Shown: piece by piece, positions 61,090-64,000 of the stretch | How the letters are laid out: each line of letters starts with the position of its first letter | Numbering within the stretch: position 1 is the first letter of the stretch | NCBI GenBank assembly: GCA_013265495.1 | Contig: MU057959.1 | Location: forward strand, 199,202 to 263,201 | Direction of reading: 5' to 3' | From: Vicugna vicugna | Taxonomy: Eukaryota | Length of the DNA stretch: 64,000 nucleotides | The notes under the pieces: generated by a model | The model's database searches: none | What the model saw: only the letters and a program-made list of their open reading frames with translations | What the model was told of the DNA's origin: nothing | Position numbers and translations under genes: made by a program

Positions 61090-61418
61090 CAGTGGATGTA
61101 AAGCTTCAGTTGTAAGTTCAAGAGATCGTCTGTACAACACAGTACCTAGACTTAACATGGCATTGTGCACCTAATTGTTAAGAGGGCAGATCTCATGTTA
61201 AGTTAGTTCTTACTCACATGTGCACACACACTCTCGCACACACAACAATAAAGAGAGGCTTCAGGAGGTGATGGCTAAGTTTATCTCCTTGATGGTGGTG
61301 ATGGTATCACGGTGTGTGTGTGTGTCCAAACTCATAAAACTTTATATATTAAACTTGTTCAGGTTTTATTGCACATCAATTACGTCTCCATAAAGCTGTA
61401 AAAATAAAAGAAATAAAC
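61090..61418 (+). mobile_element. L1MA9-like 3' terminus
   Basis: aaagcttcagtt...ttaagagggcagatctcatgttaag...ggaggtgatgg...gatggtggtgatggtatcacgg...tccaaactcat...ataaagctgtaaaaa. Confidence 0.8.
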
Positions 61419-62877
61419 ATCAGTGTTATTATCAAGTTAAGTAGAACCTCTTGATTTATATGTCAGTTTGAAAGAACATGGAAAACTCCAGTTCAGACTG
61501 AGCACAGCAAATTGTTTTTCTTCAAATATTGGAATATTAAAAAACATCTGCAGATCTAGTAAATCAATACCTTAGAGTTGCAAAGGTCTCAAAATTTATC
61601 CGAATTTTTTTCTGTTGTTTTCTTCTTTTTTTTGGATCATAATATTTCATGTGGCACTTTGAAAACATCAGTTTACACATGTGACTTTCCTTTGAGACTT
61701 GAGCTTTTCCAAGATGGCAGTTACCTATAATTCATCTTGGCATCTTCAGATTTGAACCCAGTGCCAGCATTCACAGTGGACTCGGCCAGTGTTTACTGTA
61801 TTAATGAAAAGTGAGAATTTGGGGATGGGAGACCTTCACATTGAGATCATGTCTCAACACCTCCTGTCTTTTGAGTAGAGAGCTGCATTCTGTGTGTCAC
61901 CAGAAGGCATCTTAACAGCTAATCAATTCTGTTTCAACAAACACGCTCGGCAACTGTGTAAAAATAAGACGAGATTGCCAAGCAAAGTAAATATTTAATT
62001 AAGTAACAGCTAATCAGATTCCTCTTTGCTTTTTTTTTCTGTTTATCATTAAGCAACTCTATCTAATCTAAGATCATTTCCATGAATATTTTAAAATCCC
62101 TTCAGCGTTTTTTCATTTCAGTTTTCTGCCTCATTATATTTTACTGACCATAATGCCAAAATTGATTTTGACTGTGTTACTCATGGGGATATGGATGTAT
62201 ATAAAACTTTTAAATTCAGTTAGAATTTGAAATCATATCATCATAAAGTTAGAACTGATCATCTTATTTAAAACAAGCCTCTCTGCATAGGCAGAATTAG
62301 AATTAAACTGCCCTCAAACGATAGTTAATTAGGTTTCTCATAAACTTTCATTAAAACATGAAATAAATAGAGTTACGCTCTTAGAGGCTAAATGCAGCGC
62401 CTTGCTACTAATTTAGGAGGAACAAATATTCTCAAAATAAGGGGAAATGTCTCAATTTCTCTGTGTTTCAAAATTAGAACATGAGCAAACTGTATGAACT
62501 GTATGGCAAACTTTCATTTCATACCTAAGATTTCCACATATTTTTTCAAACAGGGTCATCTTGATTTATGAAGAGGTACAGCACCTTTTATTTGTATTCT
62601 TTAAAAATAAATCAAAGAAAATTAGCCACTCATTGCGGATAGTAATCTGAAGCCAGTTTTCAAAGGCAGTGCTGCAGTGTGGTCTTAAAAGGCCACCAGA
62701 ACCATACACTGCAAGTAGTCTTGATTTTTTAGAGAGCTCCGAATTTTGTTCTGAAATAAGTAAATCCAACTTATTTGGGACGAAACTAAGCATGAGAAAG
62801 ATGCACATAGCATTCAAAATGCTGATGATTATCTCTGGAGAATAATGAAGGGAAATGGGTATAAATACCTGTTTAAG

Positions 62878-63053
62878 GCGGGGAGGGTAGAGCTCAGTGT
62901 TACGGTGTGTGCTTAGCATGCGTGAGGTCCTGGGTTCAATCCCCAGTCCCTCCATTAAAAAAATAATAAACAAACAAACAAACAAATAGATAGATAACCT
63001 TAATGACCTCCATCCTGCCAAATAAAAATAAAAATAAATAGATTACTGGAAAA
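62878..63053 (+). mobile_element. tRNA-Ala-derived SINE (Vic-1-like), full length
   Basis: gggagggtagagctcagtg...gcttagcatgcgtgaggtcctgggttcaatccccagt; TSD AAAT(A/G)CCTGTTTAAG at 62863-62877 and 63054-63068. Confidence 0.92.
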
Positions 63054-64000
63054 AAATGCCTGTTTAAGAAGAAAAAATAAAGCAAAGAACTACCTATAGA
63101 TGGGGGGTTGAGACTTCCATGACAACGGAGGCACTCAAAGGGCCGGAATTTCTCTCTCAAAAAAAAGATAAAATTGCTTCAACCATTCTCTTTATGGAAA
63201 TGATGTAAAAATCATGGGCATTTTTAAAGTGAAAAAAAAATCAAGATATTTTAACCTTAAAATCAAGTTGGATCAAGAATCTGGATTATCTGTCAGTGTA
63301 GAAAGATGAGCCAGCTTATCAGTGAGTCAGGAGCACATTTTAAGGGATTTGGGAACACAAAATGGATTCAACTAGAGAGAATGATGCAGATGCTCCCCTG
63401 ATATTTTGGAAATAAAAAAAAAACACATAGGCGAACACAAATATGTGTGGAATGAAGAAAACAAATTCCGATGAAGTACCCGGATACCCGAGATCCTAGT
63501 GAATGTTCTGATTGGCTCGGTTATGTCTGGTGGGTGAGCAGCACTGTCAGGTCCACTGAGCTCTGGGATGGTCCAGCTCAGCACTGTCCACACTCTCTGT
63601 CGCTGCTGGCCTGTGCTTCACAGAAGGGCGTATGCTCAGTTCTGGCTGATTTCCTGGCTCTCACAGTCTGACTGTCAGGACTTGGTTGCCCAAGGAGCTC
63701 AGTCAAACAGCATGAGACGTGTGAACACACGTCTGACTGTAAGGATGACCAGGTTGGATGTCGCTTTTTCCTGCCCCCTCCTAGGAACTCTTAACATTCT
63801 ACCTGATATTGCTAAGTTTTCCTGTCTGGTTATTTCCTGAGTGTGGTGAATCCCACCCGTGGGTTCTGCAGGTAGACTGGTTAAAACTGCAGTTACAGGT
63901 GCTGAGGGTGGCCATGCCTGGTACTTGCAGCTTCTTAGGTGAAAGTTTACAAATGGAAGGAGCGGAGGATGGATGGAAGGAAGGAGGGGAGGGAGGGAAG

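Noticed and set aside
1..64000. CRISPR array, operon or other prokaryote-type novel system; intact provirus or full-length L1
   Set aside because: The sequence is mammalian repeat-rich non-coding DNA with no repeat-spacer array, no gene cluster, no gag/pol/env and only truncated L1s

Overview
Mammalian non-coding genomic DNA, very probably camelid (Camelus/Vicugna/Lama). The basis is five tRNA-Ala(AGC)-derived SINEs matching the camelid Vic-1 type and a recurring young L1 3' UTR; this is recognition from memory, not a database search. I find no credible protein-coding exon. The only ORFs with recognisable protein similarity are LINE-1 ORF2p C-terminal remnants, and the long ORFs near 60.2-60.7 kb arise from a (GAT/GGT)n repeat. 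The window looks like a large intron or gene desert with L1s of several ages, solo LTRs (ERV1-, MLT1-, MLT2-, MER21-like), hAT MITEs, L2 remnants and microsatellites, plus unique stretches that look like enhancers. I found no evidence for a new biological system. The best-supported unusual features are: a recent 369-bp tandem duplication with junction microhomology and several older local duplications; two 5'-inverted (twin-primed) L1s; an L1-in-L1 insertion carrying ~40 nt of extra non-L1 sequence; a tail-less tRNA-like retrocopy with TSDs; and two CpG-rich, palindrome-dense unique elements (~9.1-9.5 kb and ~55.5-55.7 kb). Subfamily names and many boundaries are approximate.
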